In this document: positions 48,112 to 58,472 of the stretch, piece after piece
How the letters are laid out: every line of letters starts with the position of its first letter
Position numbering within the stretch: position 1 is the first letter of the stretch
Source of the DNA: a virus
Length of the DNA stretch: 64,000 nt
Direction: 5' to 3' (one strand)
IMG/VR virus record: IMGVR_UViG_3300044981_000350
Coordinates: 9,440-73,439 of that record
Made by a program: the position numbers and the translations under genes
The notes under the pieces: model-generated
What the model was told of the DNA's origin: nothing
Databases searched by the model: none
The model's input: only the letters and a program-made list of their open reading frames with translations

Positions 48112-48441
48112 ATGAGCACGATGCGTTACAGCGGCGAGATTCGGATCCGAATCACCTACATCGACGCGCCCCAGGGCGGCACTTGCGGTTACTACCGCTG
48201 CTTTCTCCGTGCCGTCGGTTTTCACCAAGGCGAAGGCCGGACGATTCAAGTCGGGGCCCCCGCGCACCTGACGAACGCGGTCGATTCGCCCGGGGCATTC
48301 GACGATGCAGCCCGTGCGGCCATCGCCTTCGCACAAGATGAAAACCCGGGGTGGGATGACCTCGCGGCCCACAACGAAGACGGCTACCACGTCGCGCGGA
48401 GCGCCAACGCCTTCCGCGGTCTCACCGCAAAAACGGCTTGA
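48112..48441 (+). CDS. hypothetical protein
   Basis: AAGGAG RBS; AVDSPGAFDDAARAAIAF. Confidence 0.65.
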   Translation: MSTMRYSGEIRIRITYIDAPQGGTCGYYRCFLRAVGFHQGEGRTIQVGAPAHLTNAVDSPGAFDDAARAAIAFAQDENPGWDDLAAHNEDGYHVARSANAFRGLTAKTA

Positions 48442-48585
48442 ATGAAACGGCCCGCTGGGCCATCTGACAGAATCAACCCTACCCCACGGAGGCACCCACC
48501 ATGAAACCCGGCCCGTCGTAATGGCGGGCCCTGCGACAACCCAAAAGATGCGGCGAGGTCCGGTTCAGCCGGGGGATACCTCGCC

Positions 48586-48660
48586 CGTCGCAGCCGGCTC
48601 CCGATAGGGTCCGGCGGCCTCTCCCCCTTCGTCAGGATCGATCGGGAGCCGACTGCGACG
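48586..48660. repeat. 20-bp inverted repeat (1 mismatch) with 35-nt loop
   Basis: cgtcgcagccggctcccgat (48586-48605) / atcgggagccgactgcgacg (48641-48660). Confidence 0.85.
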
Positions 48661-48697
48661 CAAGAGCAACGATTCACCGAGTAAAAAAGGAACGACC

Positions 48698-49018
48698 ATG
48701 ACTCAACCGACCAGCATCAAGATTGACAACGTGGAATACATCCGGGCCGATTCGGTCCAACAGAAACCGAGCGGTAACCGCGCCGTGGTCGTCGTCGACC
48801 GCGGGTGGGTTTTCGCAGGCGACATCGAACGGGCCGACGGTCGCATCACCCTCACCCGCGCCGTGTGGGTCTTTCGATGGGAATCCGTCGGTTTCGACGG
48901 CGTACTCCGAGACCCCAAGTCGACCAAGGTCCAGATCCGGAAGTTGGAGGCGCCGGTGGACCTCCCGGAGGCGAGCGAGATTTTCTGCGTTCCGGTCGCT
49001 GCCGATTGGGGGCTCTGA
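48698..49018 (+). CDS. small beta-rich phage protein
   Basis: AAGGA RBS; VVVVDRGWVFAG...TLTRA..VFRW. Confidence 0.75.
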   Translation: MTQPTSIKIDNVEYIRADSVQQKPSGNRAVVVVDRGWVFAGDIERADGRITLTRAVWVFRWESVGFDGVLRDPKSTKVQIRKLEAPVDLPEASEIFCVPVAADWGL

Positions 49019-49299
49019 TGGCTTCGGTGGTACGGCCGGTCGGCTACGGCAACGGCTACGGCTACGGCTACGGCAACGGCTACGGCGACGGCAACGGCTA
49101 CGGCGACGGCAACGGCAACGGCTACGGCGACGGCGACGGCAACGGCGACGGCAACGGCAACGGCTACGGCAACGGCTACGGCAACGGCTACGGCAACGGC
49201 AACGGCTACGGCTACGGCAACGGCAACGGCTACGGCTACGGCAACGGCGATGGCAACGGTACGGTACGATGTACCCGCCCCGATCGCCGGAGACCGTAA
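49018..49299 (+). CDS. Gly-Tyr/Asn/Asp dipeptide-repeat protein
   Basis: TGATG-coupled; (GY/GN/GD)n. Confidence 0.65.
   Translation: MASVVRPVGYGNGYGYGYGNGYGDGNGYGDGNGNGYGDGDGNGDGNGNGYGNGYGNGYGNGNGYGYGNGNGYGYGNGDGNGTVRCTRPDRRRP
49042..49260 (+). repeat. 6-bp tandem repeat GGC(T/A/G)AC, about 36 units
   Basis: Directly visible. Confidence 0.95.
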
Positions 49300-50436
49300 G
49301 GGAAGGTTTCGATCCTTCGAACCGGGGGCCGCCTCGGTTCGAGCGAACGACTCGAAAAAACAAGGGGAAACGACCGTGGATTCAATCAAGCGACAATTCG
49401 AAGTGACAATCGTCCACCACGGCGCGCCGGCGCCGATCAAGCTGCCCGTTCTCCGCGACGAGAGTGAAGTAGCAGCACTCAAAGCGAGCTACGAAAACGT
49501 CATCGCCCGCGCGGTGGAAGTGCCTGGCGTCGACGCGGCAGTTGCCCCGGCCGAGACGGTTCCCGCGGGTTTCCGTCAGGCGCTGCGCGCACTCATTGCG
49601 TGCTACCGCAAGGCCGAGTCCGAAGGCAACACGCTCTTGTCGGCCCGCGCGCAGAATGCGGTGGCGGCGCTCTTGGGGCATCAACCGCAGTTGCGGGGTG
49701 ACAACGGCGAAGCGTTCGGGGAGCCACGGCGAATGGCGACGTTGGTAGGGATGCCCGGGGGCAAGCGATGACCTTCCCCAAAGCGCCTCCGCGCATCGCA
49801 CTCCCGCCCCTCCGCCCCCCGCCCTACTCGGGCGCCTTCCCCGATCGCATCACCATTCCGACGCCGACCGCGGCTTTCGAGCTCACGGTTCTCGCCCTCG
49901 GCGACGAGGATATCATCGCGGTCGACGACTCCGACGAGCGCATTACGTTGGTGCCCGAACGATGATCGCGCTCCGCCTCACCGATCTCGAGATCATGATC
50001 GCGCGCCGGCTTCTCCGATCCATCCGCCACCTGACTTCGATCCGGCCCTCGCGCGCGTGCATCCCGCCGCCCCGCCCCCCGCCGGCTTACTACTCGGCCG
50101 TCGTGATTCCGGCGAACATCCCCATGCGCGACATCGGATCCGCGCGCCAGGTACTCTCCAACGATGCTGCGAAGACCGCAGCGGACACTGTCAAGCCGGA
50201 GTCGGGCCGATGAGCCCGCGGAAACCGAGCCGGCCCCCGCCGCCCCCCGGTGAATTCATGGTGCGCATCATCACCGGCCCTGTCGACTTCCCCGAGGTCG
50301 TCGAGCGGCTCTGCGCCAACGAGCAAGATGGGTGGGGCGCGTTTTACGAACACTGCCGGAGCCGCGCCGATGTTCGACTGCTCCGCAACGGTGCGGTGGT
50401 CGCCCGCCGGTTCGCGGTTGTTGATCGGGTGCCTTC

Positions 50437-50853
50437 ATGAGCATCCCGATTCCCCCGGGCCCCTTCCCCAGTCGACCCAAGCGCACCTTCGAGATTCGCC
50501 TCGGTGATTCCGTCGGGGTAACACTCGGAAGCATCCAGGCCGACACCTACCTCCAAGCGGCGGGCTACGCCTCACGCCAACTCTTCGGAGGCTCCGGCAA
50601 TGTGATGCGCGCTACGGGTTGGGGGGACGCCCCAGGGACCTTCCTTGACACGGAGGTGGGGCGGCCCCCGGTGCTGTTCTTCATCGCCGAGCCCGGAGTG
50701 ACGGCGCAACACCCACTTGGTCACTTCCGAAACGCGGATGACGCTGGGCTCGGGCCTGCCCCTGCTCTCGTCGGCACCAACCCACATCACGTTACCGGCA
50801 CGCTCAAACACATACCGCAACCGAAACCCCAACCGAAACGCAAGCGCCGATGA
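50437..50853 (+). CDS. hypothetical protein (FEIR...TGWG domain)
   Basis: Paralogous to the C-terminal half of 51529..52074. Confidence 0.6.
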   Translation: MSIPIPPGPFPSRPKRTFEIRLGDSVGVTLGSIQADTYLQAAGYASRQLFGGSGNVMRATGWGDAPGTFLDTEVGRPPVLFFIAEPGVTAQHPLGHFRNADDAGLGPAPALVGTNPHHVTGTLKHIPQPKPQPKRKRR

Positions 50854-51052
50854 GTCCTCCCCATTCCCTTCCCGATTCCACCAGGTTGCTCGCTGCGGCC
50901 CTCGACAGCCTCGAAAACACGACCAGCTATTGCTCCGCCGGCAAGAGCGCGCACGGCCCGATCCTCGTCGAAGGCGCGGTGTGGTGCTACAAGTGCGGGG
51001 CGATTCGAATGCCGGGCGAGGAAACCTGGACCCAACCCAAGTCGGTGAAACG

Positions 51053-51526
51053 ATGAGCGCCTATAACGTCTACGCTGGCGAAGCCCAGCACGGCCCGCGC
51101 CGCTTCCGGCCTCGCGGCTCTCTGAAGTGCTACCACGAAGGGGCCCAAGAGAACCCTACGACCCGCCTCGGCGGGGGCGGTTACTCAGCGCGGATCTTCG
51201 TTGGCCTGAACGTCGGCCAGCGCAAGGCTTACAGCGTCGATGACGTCGTGAAGATCGTGTGGGGGGTGCGCAAGCGCCAGGGCCGCTCCGGGGATGCATC
51301 CATATTAGCCCAACGCGGTATCTACGAAGACCGCGGGGGCAAGCGCGTCGTCGAGCAGTCAGTGCAGATCATCATCATCGACTTTTCTGGCGCGACCAAG
51401 AAGGGGTTTATCGCCGAGATGATCGAGCTCGCCGAGGCGCTCCAGAAGCGCATGAAGCAAGAGACGGTCATCTTGGAGATCCAGAATAAAGGGAGAGTCG
51501 TCGATGTCTTCAGTATCGCGGAGTGA
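51053..51526 (+). CDS. putative SAM lyase (T3 SAMase/DUF3574-like fold) with NP-type leader
   Basis: GIYED....VVEQSVQI...LAEALQKRMKQETVIL matches the G.Y..E.[ST]..Q[DE].V pattern; leader RRFRPRG...AQENP. Confidence 0.55.
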   Translation: MSAYNVYAGEAQHGPRRFRPRGSLKCYHEGAQENPTTRLGGGGYSARIFVGLNVGQRKAYSVDDVVKIVWGVRKRQGRSGDASILAQRGIYEDRGGKRVVEQSVQIIIIDFSGATKKGFIAEMIELAEALQKRMKQETVILEIQNKGRVVDVFSIAE

Positions 51527-51528
51527 AC

Positions 51529-52074
51529 ATGCCTCGTAAGTATCATCCCACCGAGTACCGCGACTACTTCGGCCGCGAGATCAAGCCCTGCACAACATGT
51601 GGGGCCCCTTCGTCCTTCCACGGAGCGACGGAGTGCACCAACTGCCACGAGGTCGAGAGGCGCTTCGCGCAGTACATCGACGGGGGCCCGAGGGCGGTCA
51701 AATTCATCACGGATGCCCTCGCCGCGGCCGGGTGGGTCGGTAAAGCAAAGGCGGCACACCCCGCGACCGCGTGCGCGTTAGGCGCGGTGGATGTCGTCGA
51801 AGATGCCGCCCGAACGACGGCGGGGAAAAAAGTGAGCACCTTCGAGATCCGCGAGGTCGATTCCCTCGGGGTCCTTCTCAAGAGCGTCGAGGCCGACAAC
51901 GCCTTTCGCGCGATTGAGCTCGCGTTTCCCGGCAAGGAATTTCACCGGGAGACGGGGTGGGGCGGCGGAAGCGGTACGTGGAAAGTCAAAGGGAAAGCTG
52001 CGCATGTGTGGGTCGGCCCCGCGGTTGCGGCCCCGACGAAGCCGAAGGCCAAACCGAAAGCCAAGGTCAAGTGA
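51529..52074 (+). CDS. Zn-finger plus FEIR/TGWG two-domain protein
   Basis: CTTC..CTNCHEVE; TFEIREVDSLG...RETGWG. Confidence 0.6.
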   Translation: MPRKYHPTEYRDYFGREIKPCTTCGAPSSFHGATECTNCHEVERRFAQYIDGGPRAVKFITDALAAAGWVGKAKAAHPATACALGAVDVVEDAARTTAGKKVSTFEIREVDSLGVLLKSVEADNAFRAIELAFPGKEFHRETGWGGGSGTWKVKGKAAHVWVGPAVAAPTKPKAKPKAKVK

Positions 52075-52542
52075 GGTGGGTCCAAACACCAGCCGGCGAC
52101 AAGTGCCACGCGGTTCTCACCCGCCACAGCGGCAAGACGCTTTGCGGGTTGCCACTCGAGGGGGCCGTGATCGCGAAGGCTCCGGGGTTCGATAACCGGT
52201 GCGGTAACTGCGACGCTGAATGGCGCGAGCGCGGGCGGCACCAGAGAAAGAAGACGCGGCCGGTTTCACGAAAGGAAGAATACCGACCGCGGTTCACGTT
52301 CAAAGATTGGGAGAACCTGGCATGAAAAAAGCCATACTCAAAGTACCTCTCTCCGGACTCGACTTCCCGGTCGGTTACAGCTTCGATATTATCGACGAAA
52401 AGACCGACCCGATAACGCTCCGGACGACGGTAGGGGATCTTACAACGTCGTTTAGGGCCCTCTCTTTTTGCTTCGACATCGTCGATGACCACCCGATGAT
52501 TTGCCGCTGCGGTATCCACCGCGCTGATTGCGATTACCATCG

Positions 52543-52743
52543 ATGACCGTCTTAGCGCTGACCGTTTCGTGCGGCACCTGCGGCGAGCAGACGATGTCCG
52601 ACACGAAAAAGTGCGACAACTGTCGCGAGGTCGAAACGCGGCTCGCGCAATACCTCTTCGAAGGCGGCGCAACCGCGCGCACGTTCGTGTGGGCAGAGCT
52701 CGTCAAAGCCGAAGAGAAGGCCGAGGAAAGGGCCAACCGATGA
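52543..52743 (+). CDS. small Zn-finger protein
   Basis: CGTC..CDNCREVE.RLAQY; paralog of the 51529 N-terminus. Confidence 0.6.
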   Translation: MTVLALTVSCGTCGEQTMSDTKKCDNCREVETRLAQYLFEGGATARTFVWAELVKAEEKAEERANR

Positions 52744-54317
52744 TTGAGATCCGCCGTCTCGGCCCCAACGGTCTCTTGGGCATCCTCTCCACCAGCTTTT
52801 CGCCCGTGCTCCGCGACGAGTGCAAGCGCACACCGGGGATGGTGTGGAACCCCGAAACGGTGATCTGGGAGGGCTACACCGACGCCGTTGCGCTGGTGGC
52901 CGCCCGCGCGCGTGAGCGAGGTCTCATCATCAAAGATCCGGCGAAGTTCCCCCTCACCGCGACGGTTCTTCCCGTCGCCACGAAGGACCTCCGTGAGTAC
53001 CAGATCGAAGGGGTCAACTTCATCCTCAACAAGGCCCGCGAGGGGTGTCTCCTCGGTGACACGGTCGGGCTAGGCAAAACGGCCCAAGCCATTCGTGCCG
53101 CGCGCGCCATCAAGCAAAACACCCTCATCGTCTGCCCCTCGTTCGTGCGGGGCGTATGGGTCGACGAGTTGAAGAAGTGGTGGCCCGACGCGGACGCGCC
53201 CAACCTTCCTTCCGGGGTGAAAGTACCGGAGGGAAGCCTCGGTAACACCGGATGCGTCACGGTCATCCACTACGACATCCTCTATGCGTGGGTGCCCGAG
53301 CTTCTCAAGTGGGGCGTGAAGTTCCTAGTGTTGGATGAGGCCCAATACTGCCAAGGGTCCGCCTCTCGACGCACCAAGGCTTGCGCCGCGGTTGCCGCCC
53401 AAGCTTCATGGAGGGTTGGCCTCACCGGCACCCCGATGGCGAACCGCCCAGCCGACTTGTGGGCCGTCGTCGAGACGCTCTCCCCCGGCCGCTTCGGGAA
53501 GTTCTTTTCGTTCGGGCTGAGACATTGCAACGGCCGCAAAGAGCAAGTGACGCCGGAGAAGGCGGTGTGGAAATTCGACGGGGCGAGCCGCTTGGAGGAG
53601 CTCAATACCCGGTTGAAAAGCTTCATGCTCCGCCGGACCCGCGCCGATGTTGCCTTGCAGCTCCCGAGTCGCCAGCGCCAGATTCTGTCTCTCGAGGTGC
53701 CCCGGGCGAAATACACGCCCCAGATGATCGGATCCCACACCGCCCTCCGCAAGGCGCTCGAGGGCGCCAGCGACGCCAAGATCCCCGCCGTGATCGATCT
53801 CGTCGTCGGCCATCTCGAGGCCGGCCACAAGGTGGTCGTCGGAAGCCACCGGAAGGCGCTCGCGCATATGATCCACGATGGGGTGCGGCAGAAGATGCCG
53901 GTTCGATCGGAAGTGGTGACGGGCGAGATCCCGACGGCGAAGCGGCATGCGATCATCAAGAGTCAGCCCGAATTGATCTGTTGCACCTTCGATGCCACGC
54001 AGGTCGGGATCGATTTGAGCTTCGCCAGCGTCGGGGTCGTGGCCGAATTCGACTACCGGCCGAGTGTGTTGGCGCAGTGGGAGGGCCGATTCGGGCGGTT
54101 CGCCGGGCGTAATATTTTGATCCAGTATTGCAACGCCCGAGGGACCATCGACGACTTGATCCGGAAGGCGGTCATCACCAAGTTGGACACGCTCGAGAAC
54201 GCGGTGGGCAAGGCCGATGTCGCGATGAGGGCCGACCTCGAAGCCATCGACGGGGCGAGCGGGTTAGATCGGTTGAAGGCCCTCGCGGAGAGCCTCATGA
54301 GTGGGGACGACGAATGA
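52740..54317 (+). CDS. SNF2-family helicase
   Basis: LREYQ, DTVGLGKT, LIVCP, VLDEAQ, LTGTPMANRP, FMLRRT, GIDL, QWEGRFGR. Confidence 0.9.
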   Translation: MIEIRRLGPNGLLGILSTSFSPVLRDECKRTPGMVWNPETVIWEGYTDAVALVAARARERGLIIKDPAKFPLTATVLPVATKDLREYQIEGVNFILNKAREGCLLGDTVGLGKTAQAIRAARAIKQNTLIVCPSFVRGVWVDELKKWWPDADAPNLPSGVKVPEGSLGNTGCVTVIHYDILYAWVPELLKWGVKFLVLDEAQYCQGSASRRTKACAAVAAQASWRVGLTGTPMANRPADLWAVVETLSPGRFGKFFSFGLRHCNGRKEQVTPEKAVWKFDGASRLEELNTRLKSFMLRRTRADVALQLPSRQRQILSLEVPRAKYTPQMIGSHTALRKALEGASDAKIPAVIDLVVGHLEAGHKVVVGSHRKALAHMIHDGVRQKMPVRSEVVTGEIPTAKRHAIIKSQPELICCTFDATQVGIDLSFASVGVVAEFDYRPSVLAQWEGRFGRFAGRNILIQYCNARGTIDDLIRKAVITKLDTLENAVGKADVAMRADLEAIDGASGLDRLKALAESLMSGDDE

Positions 54318-54603
54318 AGGTGGTATGCGTCGACGCCGATGGGGAACCGGAACTCACCCTCGGGATGGTTTACCGCCTCGAGTCGTTCGTCGGCGACGGG
54401 AAGGCCCGGCTCGATCGCATCGACGCGCTGTTTGACCGCCGGCGGTTTCTCATCATCGATCTCGAACACGATGCGCGGTTCGTTTGCGGAATCGTCATCA
54501 CACTCCAAGTAGCGCGCACCCTCGGGCAATGGCCCGGTCAGGTGCGGCAGAAGAAGTGCAAATGTAGCATCCCACCTGGGGTGCTTTGCGAATACCACGG
54601 ACC

Positions 54604-55188
54604 ATGAAGAACCCTACCGACACGCTTGCTCGGATCATCACCATCGGCCTTTGGATCCTCGCCGGGATCCTTGGATCTTGCGCCCTCACCGCTTGCGGCG
54701 GAGGGGCCTTCGTTTATGACGCCCCTTCGCTTGATGCAGGCCCCATCGAAACCGAGGCGGATGGCGCCCCCGACGCGTTGGATGCCGGCCCCGATCGCGT
54801 CGTGGGACTACCCCCGCCCAAGCGCGACGCAGATACACCCGAGGTGGATGCGGGGTTACTAGGGGATGCAGCCCCAGAAGCAACCGCCGATGCGGCCACC
54901 GAGGCGTGCGCGCCGCCGCAGACCCAAGCCGAATGCATCCCCTCCGGCGCCACTTCGGGTATCTCCTACGCGATACCGGATTCCTACTGCGTGTGGCTCT
55001 ACGACCACGCGTTGAATCCACCCGCGACGCCGGTAGTGATGACGATGCCCGCGGCGTGCCGCTGCGACTACACTGAGGCGTGCCTGATGGGGGCTGGCAT
55101 GAGCATTTGCCCGGCCGGCTCGACGTACTACGCCGGGGGCATTTTCGAAACCGACGCAGGCGCAAGCCGGATTGTGTGCCAACAATGA
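54604..55188 (+). CDS. myxobacterial-type lipoprotein with DAG/DAA repeats and Cys-rich domain
   Basis: ALTACGG lipobox, repeated DAG/DAA. Confidence 0.7.
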   Translation: MKNPTDTLARIITIGLWILAGILGSCALTACGGGAFVYDAPSLDAGPIETEADGAPDALDAGPDRVVGLPPPKRDADTPEVDAGLLGDAAPEATADAATEACAPPQTQAECIPSGATSGISYAIPDSYCVWLYDHALNPPATPVVMTMPAACRCDYTEACLMGAGMSICPAGSTYYAGGIFETDAGASRIVCQQ

Positions 55189-55637
55189 TCGACGATAAAG
55201 CATTCACGGATCTCTTTGATGAGGCCCGTAAACTACCTCCGATGACAGCGCGCGAACGACAGATCCAAAGCCTCGACTTCGCGTACGGTAACCTCGCGTG
55301 CACAACGAATCACAAACCGACGCGCCAAGCGTTCGCGTTCCTCGCGAAAAGCCACGGTTGGACCGCCCCGCAGTTCACCGAATGGGCCGAGGATAAGGAG
55401 TGGTGGGTCTGATGAAACTACCCGCTCAATCGAACGCGAATCCTGAGCGGCCCCAATGGGAACCCTCCGAAGAGACCCTCGCGGTACGGCGGTTGGTCGA
55501 CGTGTGGGGACGCTCGTTCGCGCTCAAGTTCTTCCCGGGCGTCGCGGAACACGAGCTCGCGCGGTGCTACTACGGGATGCCGATCGAGCCGGGCGCGCTC
55601 GCGGGAATCAAAAAGGTGTTGAAGGAGCGGTTGGCCA

Positions 55638-56189
55638 ATGACTGAGCGAGAGCGCGGTTTTTACTGGGTGCGGATTCCCCAACGAACGCCTGTGGGGCCG
55701 ACGCACTCCGACGTCGTCGCTTTCACCCACGGAGATGGCCGGTGGTTTTTCGCAGGGCTCGACAAACCTCGGGGGGAGTTCGAAGCAATAGTGTTGGGGG
55801 GACCCCTCAAGTTCGAGCCCGGGCCGGCCCCCGCAGCGCCATTCGAACGACTTACGGCCGAACGTGACGATCTCATGTCGGCGATTAGCGTCATCGCGCG
55901 AGAGCGCGCAGAGCTGGCCGCCAATCTGACCGCGACCCAAGCACGTTGCACGGAACTCCTCGACGACTCGCGCGCGAAGGGCCGCGAGATCAAATACCTC
56001 AGAGACGAGATCAACAACCTTATCTCCGGGTGTTACGACCTGAGCGTGAAACTCGAGGCCGAACGAGCCGCCGCGCAGACCGCCCGAACCGAGGTACAGG
56101 CCCAAACGATCCGCCGCCTTCGCGCTATCGGCTATCGTGTCGTGAAACGTTGCGGCGCCTGCGTGAGCCTCGCGTTTGAGCGGCCATGA
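55638..56189 (+). CDS. coiled-coil hypothetical protein
   Basis: RERGFYWVR N-terminus and heptad-rich C-terminus. Confidence 0.55.
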   Translation: MTERERGFYWVRIPQRTPVGPTHSDVVAFTHGDGRWFFAGLDKPRGEFEAIVLGGPLKFEPGPAPAAPFERLTAERDDLMSAISVIARERAELAANLTATQARCTELLDDSRAKGREIKYLRDEINNLISGCYDLSVKLEAERAAAQTARTEVQAQTIRRLRAIGYRVVKRCGACVSLAFERP

Positions 56190-56492
56190 CACCCGACCAG
56201 CTTGCGCACTTCATCGCGCTCTTCGCGTGGCTCGTCGGTTGGCCGGCGCTCATCGCCTTCACCTTCGTGAGCACGCTTGTGTTAGTCTTTGGGGAAGGCC
56301 CTCCGCCGCACGACCCCCGCGATGACTTCCGCGACTGACACCGCCGACAACGCCGCTTCGGATGACACCGAGCCGACCGCCGTTGATTGGAAGCTCGCGA
56401 TCTCGAGTGGGCTCGCAGCGTGTGCGGTCGTCGGGCTCTTCATCTTGGCGATCAAGCACGCGGGAAGCGCTAGGAAAACTCGGTAAGCGGCC

Positions 56493-56521
56493 TTGACAGT
56501 GCCACTCGACCGCGGCAAACT
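56493..56521 (+). promoter_or_regulatory. sigma70-like promoter TTGACA-17-CAAACT
   Basis: Perfect -35, 17-nt spacer, 8 nt before ATG 56530. Confidence 0.6.
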
Positions 56522-56529
56522 CCCCAACG

Positions 56530-57840
56530 ATGGCGAAATCATTCACGGGGCTCGACTACACCAACGTACGCACGGGCGGCTGGGTGGAGCTCGAGGATCG
56601 CGCGCTCATCGAGGAATACAAGAAGGGCGGCACCCTCCCGGAGATTTCGATCGCGCTCACCAAACGGTTGAAACGACCCATTACCGCCAGCGCCATCAAA
56701 GATCGGGCCTACTATCTGCGGCTGCGGGGCGTGGAGATTCCGCAGTTACCCCGATCGCGCCCTTCGCTTGACAAGCTTGAGCCGGCAACCCCCCTCAACC
56801 CGCTCGAACGTCGCGCGGCCCTCGACAAGGCCGCCGTAGCCCGCAAAGAAATGGAGGGGCTTGTCGATCAAGTCAACGAGTTCAAAGCGCGCCAAGCGTT
56901 CCTCGATGCGGCCGCGGGGTTCAAGGCGCCTCCGGTGCTCCTTCCCCGCGAGAAAAAGAGCGGCATCCGCGAGCTCTGTCCGATCGTACTCGCGAGCGAT
57001 TGGCACGTCGAAGAGAACGTCGACCCGGAGAGCGTCGCGCGCCGGAACATCTACAGCCTCGAGATCGCCGAGGAGCGCATGGAGCGCTTTTGGCAGGGGA
57101 TCATGTGGAACATCGAGCATCACCGCGCGAGCGGTAAGGTTGCGATCCGCGACTTGGTACTCTGGCTCGGCGGGGACCTCATCACGGGGTACATCCACCC
57201 GGAGCTCGTCGAGATCGCGGAGTTGTCACCTACGGGTGCAATCCGATGGCTCATCTCACGGCTACGGAATGGGATCGCGACGCTCCTCGAGCGGTTGAAG
57301 CTCGATCGGTTGGTGATCCCCTGTAGCTACGGGAACCATGGTCGAACCACCGACAAGACGCGGATCGCCACCGGCGCCCACAACAGTTTCGAGTGGCTCA
57401 TGTACCACATGATCGCAAACGAATTCCGCGACGAAGAGCGGATCGTGTTCGAGATCACGGCGAGCGCGCACCAATACGTCGACGTTTTCGGGAGCATCGT
57501 TCACTTCCACCACGGTGACGAGGTCCGGTACAACGGTGGGATCGGCGGCCTCGGGATCCCGCTCCTCAAGGCGATCCCGAGCTGGGAGCTTGTGAAGCCG
57601 GCGGCCCTTCACTGCCTCGGGCACCACCATACGCTCCGCGACTTCGGCCGCGCGGTGGTCAACGGATCTTTGATCGGGTACACCCCCTACTCTCAAAGCA
57701 TCCGTTGCGAGTTCGAGCTCCCGCAGCAAGCGATGTTCTTCTGGGATCGCTCGCGGGGTAAGTGCATGTTCACACCCCTTTGGGTCTCCGACTTGGAGAA
57801 GGACAAGAAGAGGGGCATCGGGATCAACGCCGGCACATGA
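56530..57840 (+). CDS. calcineurin-like metallophosphoesterase with N-terminal HTH-like region
   Basis: SDWH, GGDLI.G, GNHGR, HHGD, LGHHH, VNGSLIG. Confidence 0.85.
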   Translation: MAKSFTGLDYTNVRTGGWVELEDRALIEEYKKGGTLPEISIALTKRLKRPITASAIKDRAYYLRLRGVEIPQLPRSRPSLDKLEPATPLNPLERRAALDKAAVARKEMEGLVDQVNEFKARQAFLDAAAGFKAPPVLLPREKKSGIRELCPIVLASDWHVEENVDPESVARRNIYSLEIAEERMERFWQGIMWNIEHHRASGKVAIRDLVLWLGGDLITGYIHPELVEIAELSPTGAIRWLISRLRNGIATLLERLKLDRLVIPCSYGNHGRTTDKTRIATGAHNSFEWLMYHMIANEFRDEERIVFEITASAHQYVDVFGSIVHFHHGDEVRYNGGIGGLGIPLLKAIPSWELVKPAALHCLGHHHTLRDFGRAVVNGSLIGYTPYSQSIRCEFELPQQAMFFWDRSRGKCMFTPLWVSDLEKDKKRGIGINAGT

Positions 57841-58075
57841 GCGCGATGGATTGTTGCCTCTTCTGCCTCCGATGCCGCGGCTCCATCACGAGCGAGTTCT
57901 GTACCTACGGCCTCGCGCATGAATTCCCGACGCCCCCACCGCCACCGCCTGTCAAAAAGCGCGATGCGAAACTCTGCGTCGTGTGTGGCCTACACCCGGG
58001 CAACCCCGCATCCCAAACAAATGGTTGCGCGCACCAGTATTTGACCGCCGCACCCCCTAAGGGGTAGGCTACACC

Positions 58076-58417
58076 GTGACCGACCAACCGGAAGCTGGGG
58101 CGGCAGAGCCGGAAAACGATCTCGATCGGCTGGAGCGCAAGGTCGACGCGATCTTGCACATGTGCATCACCAACCGAGATCTCTCGGCCAAGATCGCGTC
58201 GGTGGTCGAGGTGGAGCGCCGGTTGGTGGATCGGTTCGATGATCGGTTGGCGCGCGCCGAAGCGCTAGAAAAATCCCTCGGCTCTACGGTGATGAAACTT
58301 ACCCTTGCGCGGCTCCCGACCAGCATTGCCGCGGGGGCCATCGCGGGCCTCGTAGCGGCCGCAGCTGTCACCTACCTCCTCTTTGGTGGGTTCGGGGGCA
58401 TCGCCTCGGCTCATTGA
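58076..58417 (+). CDS. coiled-coil protein with C-terminal TM
   Basis: TTGACC-18-TAGGCT 5 nt upstream; heptads then hydrophobic tail. Confidence 0.6.
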   Translation: MTDQPEAGAAEPENDLDRLERKVDAILHMCITNRDLSAKIASVVEVERRLVDRFDDRLARAEALEKSLGSTVMKLTLARLPTSIAAGAIAGLVAAAAVTYLLFGGFGGIASAH

Positions 58418-58472
58418 GCCCCCGTGATATTCCCTTGCGTGCCCGGCGCCGCGGTTGCGCTAAGCTCTTCAT

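Noticed and set aside
48674-49482. Poly(VA), poly(RC/RS) and poly(RL/RQ) ORFs
   Set aside because: Alternative-frame readings of the GGC(T/A/G)AC microsatellite
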